DNA of 48,496 nucleotides from Candidatus Saganbacteria bacterium (lineage in GTDB: Bacteria; Margulisbacteria; WOR-1; O2-12-FULL-45-9): NCBI GenBank assembly GCA_013204645.1, contig JABMSE010000039.1, positions 1-48,496 of the forward strand, in the 5' to 3' direction. Under the pieces are notes generated by a model that made no database searches, was not told where the DNA came from, and worked only from the letters and a program-made list of their open reading frames with translations. The translations under genes and the position numbers were made by a program. Below, piece after piece: positions 15,326-23,597 of this stretch (its first letter is position 1; every line of letters begins with the position of its first letter).

Positions 15326-17464
15326 ATGCAAGATACAAGATACAAGACACAAGATACAAATAAATTCAAAACATCAAATTTCAAACATGCTTTTGGGATT
15401 TGGTTATTGGTTATTATTTGGTTTTTGTGTCTTGGTTATTGGTCATTGGGGCACGCAGTAGACGGCATTTCCCTTAACCCGGCCCAAACCATATTTTCTG
15501 CGCGGCAGTTGGGAATGGGTGGAGTTGGTGTTGCTTTTTCAGGTGACGCTAACGGAGTATTTACCAATCCCGCCGGACTAGCAAATGCAAGTTTTCCTCA
15601 AATAAGTGCTTCTTCGCGCAAACTGCTCATGAACGAGACCCAGTATACTTTGCTTGATTGGGCCATGCCAACTAACTGGGGAACTTTTGGCATTGGATAT
15701 ACCAGTATGAATACCGGAGGATCCCTTCCCACTAAACTTGATCCCGCAACCGGGCGCATTGTGATTGACCCAACCCGCGAAGCCACCAGCTATGATAATA
15801 ATGTTATTGCCATATCCTACTCAAGAAAAGTACGCCCAAATCTATCGCTCGGTACTAACGTAAAATTCTTCAATCAATCTCTAAGCGGAGATGTCTCTAG
15901 CCGAGCCCAAGCTACGGGAATTGATTTGTGTGCTCTGTACCAAGCAAGAAAGTGGTTAACCCTAGGAGCTAACCTGCAAAACGTTGTTGAAGGAAATCTA
16001 GCCTGGAAAGGCAGCACCAGCGATAAAATTGGCGGATTCTATAAATTGGGAGCGAAAGTTAATCTTTTGGGTGCATCCAGCGAAGCTCTTAGAACAAACT
16101 CCCAACAACTTTACGTTGGAGTAGATTACGATATGCCTCACAGCACTCTCGCTTCAAGCAACTATCATATTGGTCTTGAATATCTTCCCATTGACAAGGT
16201 AGCAGTGCGCACCGGCTACAATCAGGCTGGCTTCACCCTGGGAGTGGGGATAATAAATGAGGGTTTTCGTTTTGATTATGCTTTTGTCTCTAACCCCGAA
16301 ATCCCAGGAGACAATCCTCATTATTTTTCTCTTTCCTACATTGGAGAAAGGGTCCTTGATGTTTCCTACACCCTCAAGGAAAAAGAATCGGGCATCATAT
16401 TTATTCAACCTGAAAACCGTACCATCACCAGCGAAGAAAGCATTGTCGTCAGCGCGGAAGCACGGGCTAAAATTATCCTGGATCAAAAAAAACGCTGGAT
16501 TGTTACCGCCATCTCCGAAACCCAAGAAGTTACTGAAATCATTGAGTATGAAAATCTTAAACCGGTTTATCTTAACGGCCAGGAAGTCTATCAAAGCGGA
16601 ATAATCGACGTTTCAGCCCCACTTACCCTAGGAAGGAATGTTTTACAATTAGTTGGTTATGCCACCGTTGAGGGACTAGTTAAAAATGTCTCCCCCGAAA
16701 CATTGATGATGTCCTCTGAAGTAGTTGTCCTGCGCTTTGATCCTTTTCCCGATACCCCGATGGATTACTGGGCAATTCGACCTATTGCACTGGGCATAAC
16801 CCTAGGGGTAATAAAAGGCTATCCGGATGACACCTTTAAGCCAGACAAAGGAATTACTCGAGCAGAATTGGTAACCCTGCTGGTCAGAACGATTGGAGTC
16901 CCGACTGATCAAGAGCTTGATTCCATGTCTTTCAAAGACGTCCCAGCCAATAACTGGGCAGCAAAATACATCGACTTTGCTGTAGAAGAAGGCCTGGTAA
17001 TGGGATATCCTAATAACACATTTAAGCCTAACAAAGTCGTAACCCGAGCCGAGGGCGTGACCATCATAGCCCGTTATGCCACCTTGGCCCTAAAAGAAGT
17101 AGATGAGGTTCCCTTCCCCGATCTGGTTGCCGACTACTGGGCAAATAAATATATTGTTGCAGCCCTTGAAGCTGGCATAATAAAGTATCTGGAAGGCAAG
17201 AATTTTGAGCCCAATGCTCCCCTTACTCGTGCCGAAGCCTGCGAAGTTCTTTATTGGACGCCACAAATCCAGCGCAGAGTAAATCAATTCTGGGAAACTG
17301 GCTTTGTCTCACCCTACCAGGAAGGAACTCCTGCAGATGTACCTCCAACAACCACTATCAGCACTCCTGAAGCGATAGCAACCCCTCCTAGCACCCAAGA
17401 GGCAGTTGAAACTCCAAGCACAACTCCTGAAGCTACGGAAACCCCAACCCCGGAAGCACACTAA
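15326..17464 (+). CDS. PorV/PorQ-like beta-barrel protein fused to three SLH domains and a Thr/Pro/Glu-rich tail
   Basis: SARQLGMGG..A.SGDANGVFTNPAGLA, and RFDYAF..HYFSLSY at the barrel end. SLH motifs FPDTP.DYWA..GVIKGYPDDTFKPDKGITRAE, GYPNNTFKPNKVVTRAE and FEPNAPLTRAE. Confidence 0.85.
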   Translation: MQDTRYKTQDTNKFKTSNFKHAFGIWLLVIIWFLCLGYWSLGHAVDGISLNPAQTIFSARQLGMGGVGVAFSGDANGVFTNPAGLANASFPQISASSRKLLMNETQYTLLDWAMPTNWGTFGIGYTSMNTGGSLPTKLDPATGRIVIDPTREATSYDNNVIAISYSRKVRPNLSLGTNVKFFNQSLSGDVSSRAQATGIDLCALYQARKWLTLGANLQNVVEGNLAWKGSTSDKIGGFYKLGAKVNLLGASSEALRTNSQQLYVGVDYDMPHSTLASSNYHIGLEYLPIDKVAVRTGYNQAGFTLGVGIINEGFRFDYAFVSNPEIPGDNPHYFSLSYIGERVLDVSYTLKEKESGIIFIQPENRTITSEESIVVSAEARAKIILDQKKRWIVTAISETQEVTEIIEYENLKPVYLNGQEVYQSGIIDVSAPLTLGRNVLQLVGYATVEGLVKNVSPETLMMSSEVVVLRFDPFPDTPMDYWAIRPIALGITLGVIKGYPDDTFKPDKGITRAELVTLLVRTIGVPTDQELDSMSFKDVPANNWAAKYIDFAVEEGLVMGYPNNTFKPNKVVTRAEGVTIIARYATLALKEVDEVPFPDLVADYWANKYIVAALEAGIIKYLEGKNFEPNAPLTRAEACEVLYWTPQIQRRVNQFWETGFVSPYQEGTPADVPPTTTISTPEAIATPPSTQEAVETPSTTPEATETPTPEAH
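15329..15449. repeat. Heptamer repeats with partial self-complementarity in the signal-peptide coding region
   Basis: CAAGATA/CAAGACA x4 (15329-15356), then TTGGTTA-type repeats and TTGTGTCTTG, which is complementary to CAAGACACAA. Confidence 0.7.
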
Positions 17465-19457
17465 ATCGTTCACCGTCACTTTTTATAACAATGGTTCCAT
17501 CTTGATCCGTGCGATAGACCTTCACTCCCTTTAATTTTTGGAGTGTTTCAGGATGGGGATGTCCAAACTGGTTGTTTTTACCACAAGAAATAACAGAAAC
17601 CTCAGGGTTTACGGCAGACAAAAATAAGGCGGTAGTTGAAGAATTGCTACCATGGTGGCCTACCTTGAGCACGGTAGAGGAAAGCAGCGAATCCGGAAAG
17701 GTACTCAAAATATTTTCTTCCCCCTCTTGTTCACAATCACCAGCAAAAAGCATTGAAAAATCATCATATTGCAGACGAAAAACAATGGATAAATTATTAA
17801 TCCCTGAATTTGCCTTAGCTATTCCCCCTCCCTTGGGATGAAGTATCAGTCCTTCTATGTTTTCGTCAAATTTGATTTTTTGACCGGCCTGCGCTAGATG
17901 ATATTTTATGCTGTTCTTTTTAATTAGACCAAGAAATCTTCTATAGGCCTGTGATTCATAAACTACACCCGTGTGGAGCACCTCATCAACCTTAAACTTT
18001 TCTAAGATCTCATTTAAGCCACCTACATGATCGCTGTGGGGATGAGTAAGAATTACAAGATCCAATTTATTTACCCCCTTCTTTAGCAAATAGGGGATAA
18101 CCATTCTTTTCCCCATCCATCGCGTTCCCCCATCAACTAAAATTTTTTTATTTGGGCACTCAATAAAAATTGAATCACCCTCCCCCACGTTCAAAACCGT
18201 AATGTTTAAACCATTAGCCTTAAAAGATAGCGCCAAATCCCACAGAATAACTGAAAGGATCCCAAAAACAAGAACCAATAACCTAAATTTGTTCATTTTA
18301 GGAAATTTTCCAGACTGCAAAACATAAACAAACCCAATTAACCCCAAATAATAAGCCACGAGAAGAGGAATCTTAGGCGCTCCCAAATAGATTTGAGCAA
18401 AAGGAAGGGCAGCCAATCTAGCCACAGTAAAATGGACAAGAATTAATAAAATAAGGTTTGAAGAATTAATCAGCGTTGCGGCTGGCAAAAATAGCAAAGA
18501 AAGGAGGCTCGACATAAATCCTAAAACTATAATGGCGCCGGCCAAAGGAAGCACCAAAATATTTGTAAAAACTCCAACTGCCGAAAAGCGGCTAAAATGA
18601 AAAATGGTTAATGGGGCACAAGCTAGTACCGGAGCAATTGCAATTGATAAAAGCGAAGCGATGGCCTTTGGCATAAAAGTCCTTAAACGGCTGTTAATTA
18701 TGGGACTAATATAAATCAGGGAAAAAGTGGCAGCAAAGGAAAGTTCGAACCCCGCATAAAAAAGACACCTCGGATTAAACAGCAAAATAATAAAAGCTGC
18801 CAAAGCTGCTGACACAAAAACGTCTTTTTCTTTTTCAAAGAGAAGGCCCAAAAGCATAATTTCGGCCATGATGGCAGCGCGGAGGATCGAGGGCCCAAGT
18901 CCCACCATGACAGCGTAGAAAAGATTAACAGCTGAAACGATTACTACTCCCAGCCAAAGCGGCAATCGCGCGCTTCGCACTACAAAAAGGCAAACCCCAA
19001 TTAAAATGGCCAGGTGCATGCCTGACGCAACTAAGAGATGGGAAACTCCAGCCCGGCGGTAGATTTCTTTTGTCTCAAAAGGAGTTTTAGCTGAGGCTGA
19101 ACCAAAGATAATACTATTTAAAAGGGTTCCGTAGGGTTTGGGAAGAGTTTTGTGACTGTTTTTCATCAGACGCTCTCGAATTCCCATAGTAATTTTTATG
19201 ACCGCATTGCTAGAGTTTACTTTGGTCTGCGCAACAAAAGGAGTGGGACTTCGAAAACTAATATTAATTAATCCCAGCAATAGAAAAAGAAAGACAATCA
19301 ATAATTTGCAGTCTACCTTTCTTAGAATACACCCCAGCGTAAATATTATAAGAAAGCCTGCCACAATAAATGGGAGCCAAAGAGGAAGATTAATAGCACC
19401 TCCAATAATTATTCCACCAATGTAGGAAAGTGTAATTATTACTATGGGCTTGGTCAA
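17433..19457 (-). CDS. comEC: DNA uptake channel ComEC/Rec2 (Competence + metallo-beta-lactamase domains)
   Basis: AGVSHLLVASGMH, PSILRAAIM, GFELSFAA, NVGEGDS, LTHPHSDHVGG, LKVGHHGS, FGHPH, RTDQDG. TTG start. Confidence 0.95.
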   Translation of the reverse strand: MTKPIVIITLSYIGGIIIGGAINLPLWLPFIVAGFLIIFTLGCILRKVDCKLLIVFLFLLLGLINISFRSPTPFVAQTKVNSSNAVIKITMGIRERLMKNSHKTLPKPYGTLLNSIIFGSASAKTPFETKEIYRRAGVSHLLVASGMHLAILIGVCLFVVRSARLPLWLGVVIVSAVNLFYAVMVGLGPSILRAAIMAEIMLLGLLFEKEKDVFVSAALAAFIILLFNPRCLFYAGFELSFAATFSLIYISPIINSRLRTFMPKAIASLLSIAIAPVLACAPLTIFHFSRFSAVGVFTNILVLPLAGAIIVLGFMSSLLSLLFLPAATLINSSNLILLILVHFTVARLAALPFAQIYLGAPKIPLLVAYYLGLIGFVYVLQSGKFPKMNKFRLLVLVFGILSVILWDLALSFKANGLNITVLNVGEGDSIFIECPNKKILVDGGTRWMGKRMVIPYLLKKGVNKLDLVILTHPHSDHVGGLNEILEKFKVDEVLHTGVVYESQAYRRFLGLIKKNSIKYHLAQAGQKIKFDENIEGLILHPKGGGIAKANSGINNLSIVFRLQYDDFSMLFAGDCEQEGEENILSTFPDSLLSSTVLKVGHHGSNSSTTALFLSAVNPEVSVISCGKNNQFGHPHPETLQKLKGVKVYRTDQDGTIVIKSDGERFSVLPGLGFP

Positions 19458-19459
19458 AG

Positions 19460-20032
19460 CTAAATCCTTATCCAGTCTTTTATTTTCCTAAATTTGCCGT
19501 CGCCCACCCCGTCTACTTTCATAATATCCTCAACTGCATAAAAGGGACCATTGTCTTGGCGATAGGCAATAATTCTTTTGGCTGTAACTGGGCCTATCCC
19601 TGAAATAGTACATAATTCTTTTTCTGTGGCAGAATTTATATTAATTTTTTTGCTGCCGATTTCGCGATCACCTAATAGCTCACTTGTCACAAACCCTTTC
19701 TTTTGCAATACTGGAACACAAATCTTCTGGCCATCATTAAGTTTTACTGCCAGATTAAGGGATGAAAGGTCAGCTAAGCCGCTGGTGCCTCCGGCAAGCT
19801 CTAATAAATCAACCAACCGATCCCCCGGCAGAAGCTTATAAACCCCCTCCCTATTAACCGCTCCCACCAAATGCACCAGGATTTCTTCCCTAGAAATAGG
19901 CTTTGGCTCTTCAATTATAATTTCTCCTTTATCAGAAAAATTGCGATAGGCCATAACCGCTAAGCCAGATAGAATAACTAGAACTAAGCCCAGAAGTATC
20001 AGTTGTTGTTGCCGCGTTAAATCAGACAGCAT
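19460..20032 (-). CDS. comEA: Competence DNA-binding protein ComEA (SLBB + HhH)
   Basis: N-terminal TM, VHLVGAVNREGVY, LNLA.KLNDG, ININSAT.KEL..ISGIGPVTAKRII.YR..GPF, VDGVG. Confidence 0.93.
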   Translation of the reverse strand: MLSDLTRQQQLILLGLVLVILSGLAVMAYRNFSDKGEIIIEEPKPISREEILVHLVGAVNREGVYKLLPGDRLVDLLELAGGTSGLADLSSLNLAVKLNDGQKICVPVLQKKGFVTSELLGDREIGSKKININSATEKELCTISGIGPVTAKRIIAYRQDNGPFYAVEDIMKVDGVGDGKFRKIKDWIRI

Positions 20033-20038
20033 ATAAGA

Positions 20039-20047
20039 AGAGTAGCA
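20039..20047 (-). promoter_or_regulatory. Extended -10 promoter for comEA-comEC (leaderless)
   Basis: Minus strand TGCTACTCT, 6 nt, then ATG; no SD. Confidence 0.5.
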
Positions 20048-20165
20048 AGGTTATTACCAGGAATGCGAATAATCCGAATAAAATCGAATCCCGCTAATTT
20101 TCGGTATAAAGATAGGAAAAAACGACATTGGACCTCGGACGTTGGACGGATGGGATTCCCTAGGG

Positions 20166-20187
20166 GGGTGTCGAGATCTTGACACCC
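20166..20187. terminator. Palindrome downstream of the lytic transglycosylase gene (possible terminator or binding site)
   Basis: GGGTGTCGAGATCTTGACACCC is a near-perfect palindrome 8 nt after the stop. There is no clear U-tract. Confidence 0.45.
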
Positions 20188-20195
20188 TGTGTTAG

Positions 20196-20807
20196 TTAAA
20201 GCTTATGATAGATCTTTAAAATATCGCTCACATAAGAGGCAGTGTGGGGTTTGTAGCCCTTATTGCGGGCTACGGCATTGGGGCCTTCTAGATAGCCAGC
20301 CACAGAAAAGGAAACCTGATCCGCATATTTTTCAAACCTGCCTAACAGGTATTTCATGTAGCGAACCGTACCTTTCACATTTTGATCGATATCAAAGGGT
20401 TCGGTAACGCCAGTACTTTTGCAGGTAGCCGGCATAAGCTGACCTAAGCCCAACGCCCCACTGCTCGATACAGCCTTGGGATTAAAGCGGGATTCTCTAG
20501 CAATTAAGGCAGTCACTAATTTGGGGTTAACCTGGTAGGCCTGCGAATGGCGCATAATGCTGTCGGTAATAGCTGCGGCTTCATCGGGATTTCGGTAGTT
20601 GGCAATATATTTTTGAATAGAAGGCCTTACATTTTGTCCTACTACAGCAAAATATTTGGGATTAACAGAAGATTGCTGGACAACTACGGCGGCGGGGATT
20701 TTGGATTCGGGAACCGAGGGGGGAGTATAACCTTTATTGCTCCCTAAACTGCCAAAAATAGTTGCAGCAAACAAAAGTACAATTATTGCGGTACTTACGC
20801 CATCCAT
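20196..20807 (-). CDS. Soluble lytic transglycosylase (SLT domain)
   Basis: LVTALIARESRFNPKAVSSSGALGLGQLMPAT and NVKGTVRYM; N-terminal anchor. Confidence 0.9.
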   Translation of the reverse strand: MDGVSTAIIVLLFAATIFGSLGSNKGYTPPSVPESKIPAAVVVQQSSVNPKYFAVVGQNVRPSIQKYIANYRNPDEAAAITDSIMRHSQAYQVNPKLVTALIARESRFNPKAVSSSGALGLGQLMPATCKSTGVTEPFDIDQNVKGTVRYMKYLLGRFEKYADQVSFSVAGYLEGPNAVARNKGYKPHTASYVSDILKIYHKL

Positions 20808-20813
20808 AAAATA

Positions 20814-22943
20814 TTATTTATCTTGAAACTTTTGTTTTTCTTGCGGGGTGACGGACCTGCGGGTTAGATTTACCCGGCCTTTTTCGTCAATTTCTTTGAC
20901 CTTGACAATGACTTCATCTCCAATTGCGAGTTCGTCCTCAACTTTGGCAAGACGCTTCTGGGAAATTTCTGAAATATGCACTAATCCATCTTTTCCCGGA
21001 ACAATCTCAACAAAAGCACCAAAGGGAAGAATGCGCACTACTTTTCCCTTATAAACTTCGCCTTCCTTTGGCTCAAAGGTCAATTCTTCAATCATCTTTT
21101 GTGCCTTCTTTGCGCCCTCAGTGTCAACCGCCGTAATCAGGATACGGCCATCATCTTCAATATCAATTTGAACACCAGTTTCCTCAACCATTCGCTTAAT
21201 ATTCTTTCCCCCTGGACCAATGACTGCCCCAATCTTTGATGGATCAATCTGAATGGTAAAAACCCGGGGTGCATAAGGGGAAAGCTCTTTTCGCGGAGAA
21301 GAAAGAGCTTCTTGCATTTTATCCAAAATTTTAATTCTAGCTAGTTTAGCTTCTTTTAATGTCTTTTCGATTAACTCTAGCGACAAACCATCGGTCTTAA
21401 CATCAACCTGGATAGCAGTAATCCCATCTTTGGTGCCAGCCACCTTAAAATCCATGTCCCCTAAGAAATCCTCCACCCCCTGGATATCCGTTAAAAGAAT
21501 TTCCCTCTTCCCGTCAGAAATCAAACCAATGGAAATCCCGGCTACGGGACTTTTAATTTTTACACCAGCATCCATCAGAGCCAAAGTACTAGCACAGGTA
21601 GACGCCATAGAGGTTGATCCATTAGAAGCCAGCACTTCCGATACCAAGCGGATCGCGTAAGGAAATTTATCCTCGTCTGGAACCACCGGCAAGAGTCCCC
21701 TCTCCGCCAATGCCCCATGCCCAATTTCGCGCCGGCCTGGTCCACGCATGGGCCGAACCTCGCCCACAGAATAGGCCGGAAAATTATAATGATGCATGTA
21801 ACGCTTGGTCTCTTCAGGGCTTAAGCCGTCCAGCTTTTGCTCCTCTCCTAAGGAACCCAACGTTGCCACCGTTAACACTTGAGTCTCTCCACGGGAAAAA
21901 ATAGCTGAGCCATGGACCCGCGGAAGAACACTAACCTCACAGCCGATTTGGCGAATATCGCCAAAACCTCTGCCATCCAGCCTGCGTTTATCCTCTAGGA
22001 TCATTTTGCGCACAACGTCTTTTTCAATTTGCTTAACAACTTCTTTAATGTCAGAAGGTGATTCCTCAATAATCTTCTTTAATTCTTCGTCGCTTCCACC
22101 TTTTATTGATTGAACAAGCTCCCCTACTATCTTTGCCAACTCATCCATTCTTTTGTCGTTTTCCGCGATATCCATAACCTTTTTAATTTTCTTTTCTGCA
22201 GTTTCCTTAACGTACTTTTCGATCTTTTCGGCTGGTTTATAAAGCTTGACTTCCATCTTCTTTTTGCCAGCAGCGGCAACCAGTTCTTTTTGAAGCTTGA
22301 CTACCTCTTTTATTTTCTTCTGGGCAAGTTTTAGGGCTTCTAAAACATCATTTTCGCCGATTTCAAGTGCCCCACATTCAATCATCAAAATCTTGTCATG
22401 GGTTCCTGCTACCACCAAATCCATCTGGGATTTCTGAATCTCTTCAATGCTTGGGTCAACAATAAACTTATCCTCTAACTTAACCACCCGAGCGGCACCA
22501 ATTGGCTCGGGAAACGGAATATCAGAGATTGAAAGGGCGGCTGAGGCCCCAATAATGGCTAAAATATCCGGTGGGTTTTCTGAATCTACCGAGAGGGGGG
22601 TAATCACAATCTGAACATCATTTCTGTACCCTTTTGGAAAAAGCGGACGGATCGGCCTATCAATGCGACGCGAAGTCAAAACTGCAGTTTCGGTTGGCTT
22701 TCCTTCACGTTTAAAAAAACCGCCGGGAATTCTGCCGACGGCATAGAGCTTTTCCTCAAAATCAACTAAGAGAGGGAAAAAATCAATTCCTTGGCGCGGG
22801 GTATCCTTGGTAACTGTGGTAGCCATAACCATGGTATCACCTAGGCGCACCACCACCGACCCATTGGCCTCTCTGGCCATCCTGCCCGTTTCAATCGAGA
22901 GAACCTTGCCTCCCCCCAAATCCATCTCTTTCTTTTTTATCAT
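20814..22943 (-). CDS. pnp: Polyribonucleotide nucleotidyltransferase (PNPase)
   Basis: [50 protein letters not shown] and S1 domains. Confidence 0.99.
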   Translation of the reverse strand: MIKKKEMDLGGGKVLSIETGRMAREANGSVVVRLGDTMVMATTVTKDTPRQGIDFFPLLVDFEEKLYAVGRIPGGFFKREGKPTETAVLTSRRIDRPIRPLFPKGYRNDVQIVITPLSVDSENPPDILAIIGASAALSISDIPFPEPIGAARVVKLEDKFIVDPSIEEIQKSQMDLVVAGTHDKILMIECGALEIGENDVLEALKLAQKKIKEVVKLQKELVAAAGKKKMEVKLYKPAEKIEKYVKETAEKKIKKVMDIAENDKRMDELAKIVGELVQSIKGGSDEELKKIIEESPSDIKEVVKQIEKDVVRKMILEDKRRLDGRGFGDIRQIGCEVSVLPRVHGSAIFSRGETQVLTVATLGSLGEEQKLDGLSPEETKRYMHHYNFPAYSVGEVRPMRGPGRREIGHGALAERGLLPVVPDEDKFPYAIRLVSEVLASNGSTSMASTCASTLALMDAGVKIKSPVAGISIGLISDGKREILLTDIQGVEDFLGDMDFKVAGTKDGITAIQVDVKTDGLSLELIEKTLKEAKLARIKILDKMQEALSSPRKELSPYAPRVFTIQIDPSKIGAVIGPGGKNIKRMVEETGVQIDIEDDGRILITAVDTEGAKKAQKMIEELTFEPKEGEVYKGKVVRILPFGAFVEIVPGKDGLVHISEISQKRLAKVEDELAIGDEVIVKVKEIDEKGRVNLTRRSVTPQEKQKFQDK

Positions 22944-23206
22944 CTAAGTCCCAAACTTACCACCAGGTTCTTATATCGGCCGCTATCTTGACCCTTAAGA
23001 TAAGTAAGAAGTTTCTTGCGTTGACCAACCAACATAAGAAGCCCCCGACGGCTGTGGTTATCCTTTTTATTCGTTTTTAGATGGTCAACCAATTGATTGA
23101 TCCGTTTTGTAAGCAGAGCAACCTGCACTTCAGGAGAACCAGTGTCCCCTTTATGCTGCTCATACTTTTGCATTATCTCGTCTTTTAGCTCTTTCTTTAA
23201 TGCCAT
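22940..23206 (-). CDS. rpsO: 30S ribosomal protein S15
   Basis: [29 protein letters not shown]; canonical rpsO-pnp order. The second ATG (23206) is preferred from promoter spacing; 23209 is the alternative. Confidence 0.98.
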   Translation of the reverse strand: MALKKELKDEIMQKYEQHKGDTGSPEVQVALLTKRINQLVDHLKTNKKDNHSRRGLLMLVGQRKKLLTYLKGQDSGRYKNLVVSLGLR

Positions 23207-23213
23207 CATTTTA

Positions 23214-23222
23214 ATTGTAGCA
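23214..23222 (-). promoter_or_regulatory. Extended -10 promoter for rpsO-pnp (leaderless)
   Basis: Minus strand TGCTACAAT, 7 nt before ATG 23206; no SD. Confidence 0.6.
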
Positions 23223-23231
23223 TGGATTTGA

Positions 23232-23588
23232 TCAAAAGTCCAAGACGAAAGTAAGCCCCATCGCCAAAAGCGCAGCTATACCGTCAAAAAAAAGATCTTC
23301 CACGGCAAAGTAGCGGCCGGCAACAAAAAGTTGCTCCCATTCCTTTAAAAAAGAAATAAGCATGCACAAAAGAAAAGAACTCCACAAAACTTCAACATTC
23401 TTTTTGGAAAAAGAAAGGTAAAAGAGAAAGAAAAGCACAAAAAAAGCGATAAAATGGAGCACTAAAAAGATGGTGGCCAGATCCGGCAGAGGAAAATGTT
23501 TGCCCGGCTCCGGAATCATAGAAAGAGCAAAAATACCTATAATCCAGCAAACTAAAAGAGCGCGGATCCAAAAAAGCTTATTTTTCAT
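23232..23588 (-). CDS. VanZ-like membrane protein
   Basis: Four TM segments; [15 protein letters not shown]...EDL..D. Confidence 0.75.
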   Translation of the reverse strand: MKNKLFWIRALLVCWIIGIFALSMIPEPGKHFPLPDLATIFLVLHFIAFFVLFFLFYLSFSKKNVEVLWSSFLLCMLISFLKEWEQLFVAGRYFAVEDLFFDGIAALLAMGLTFVLDF

Positions 23589-23597
23589 CGCCCTTCC

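Noticed and set aside
20050-20190. Possible ncRNA or tRNA between comEA and the SLT gene
   Set aside because: Only short CGAAT and TTGGAC-type repeats and one palindrome are visible. There is no cloverleaf, T-loop or recognisable riboswitch core.
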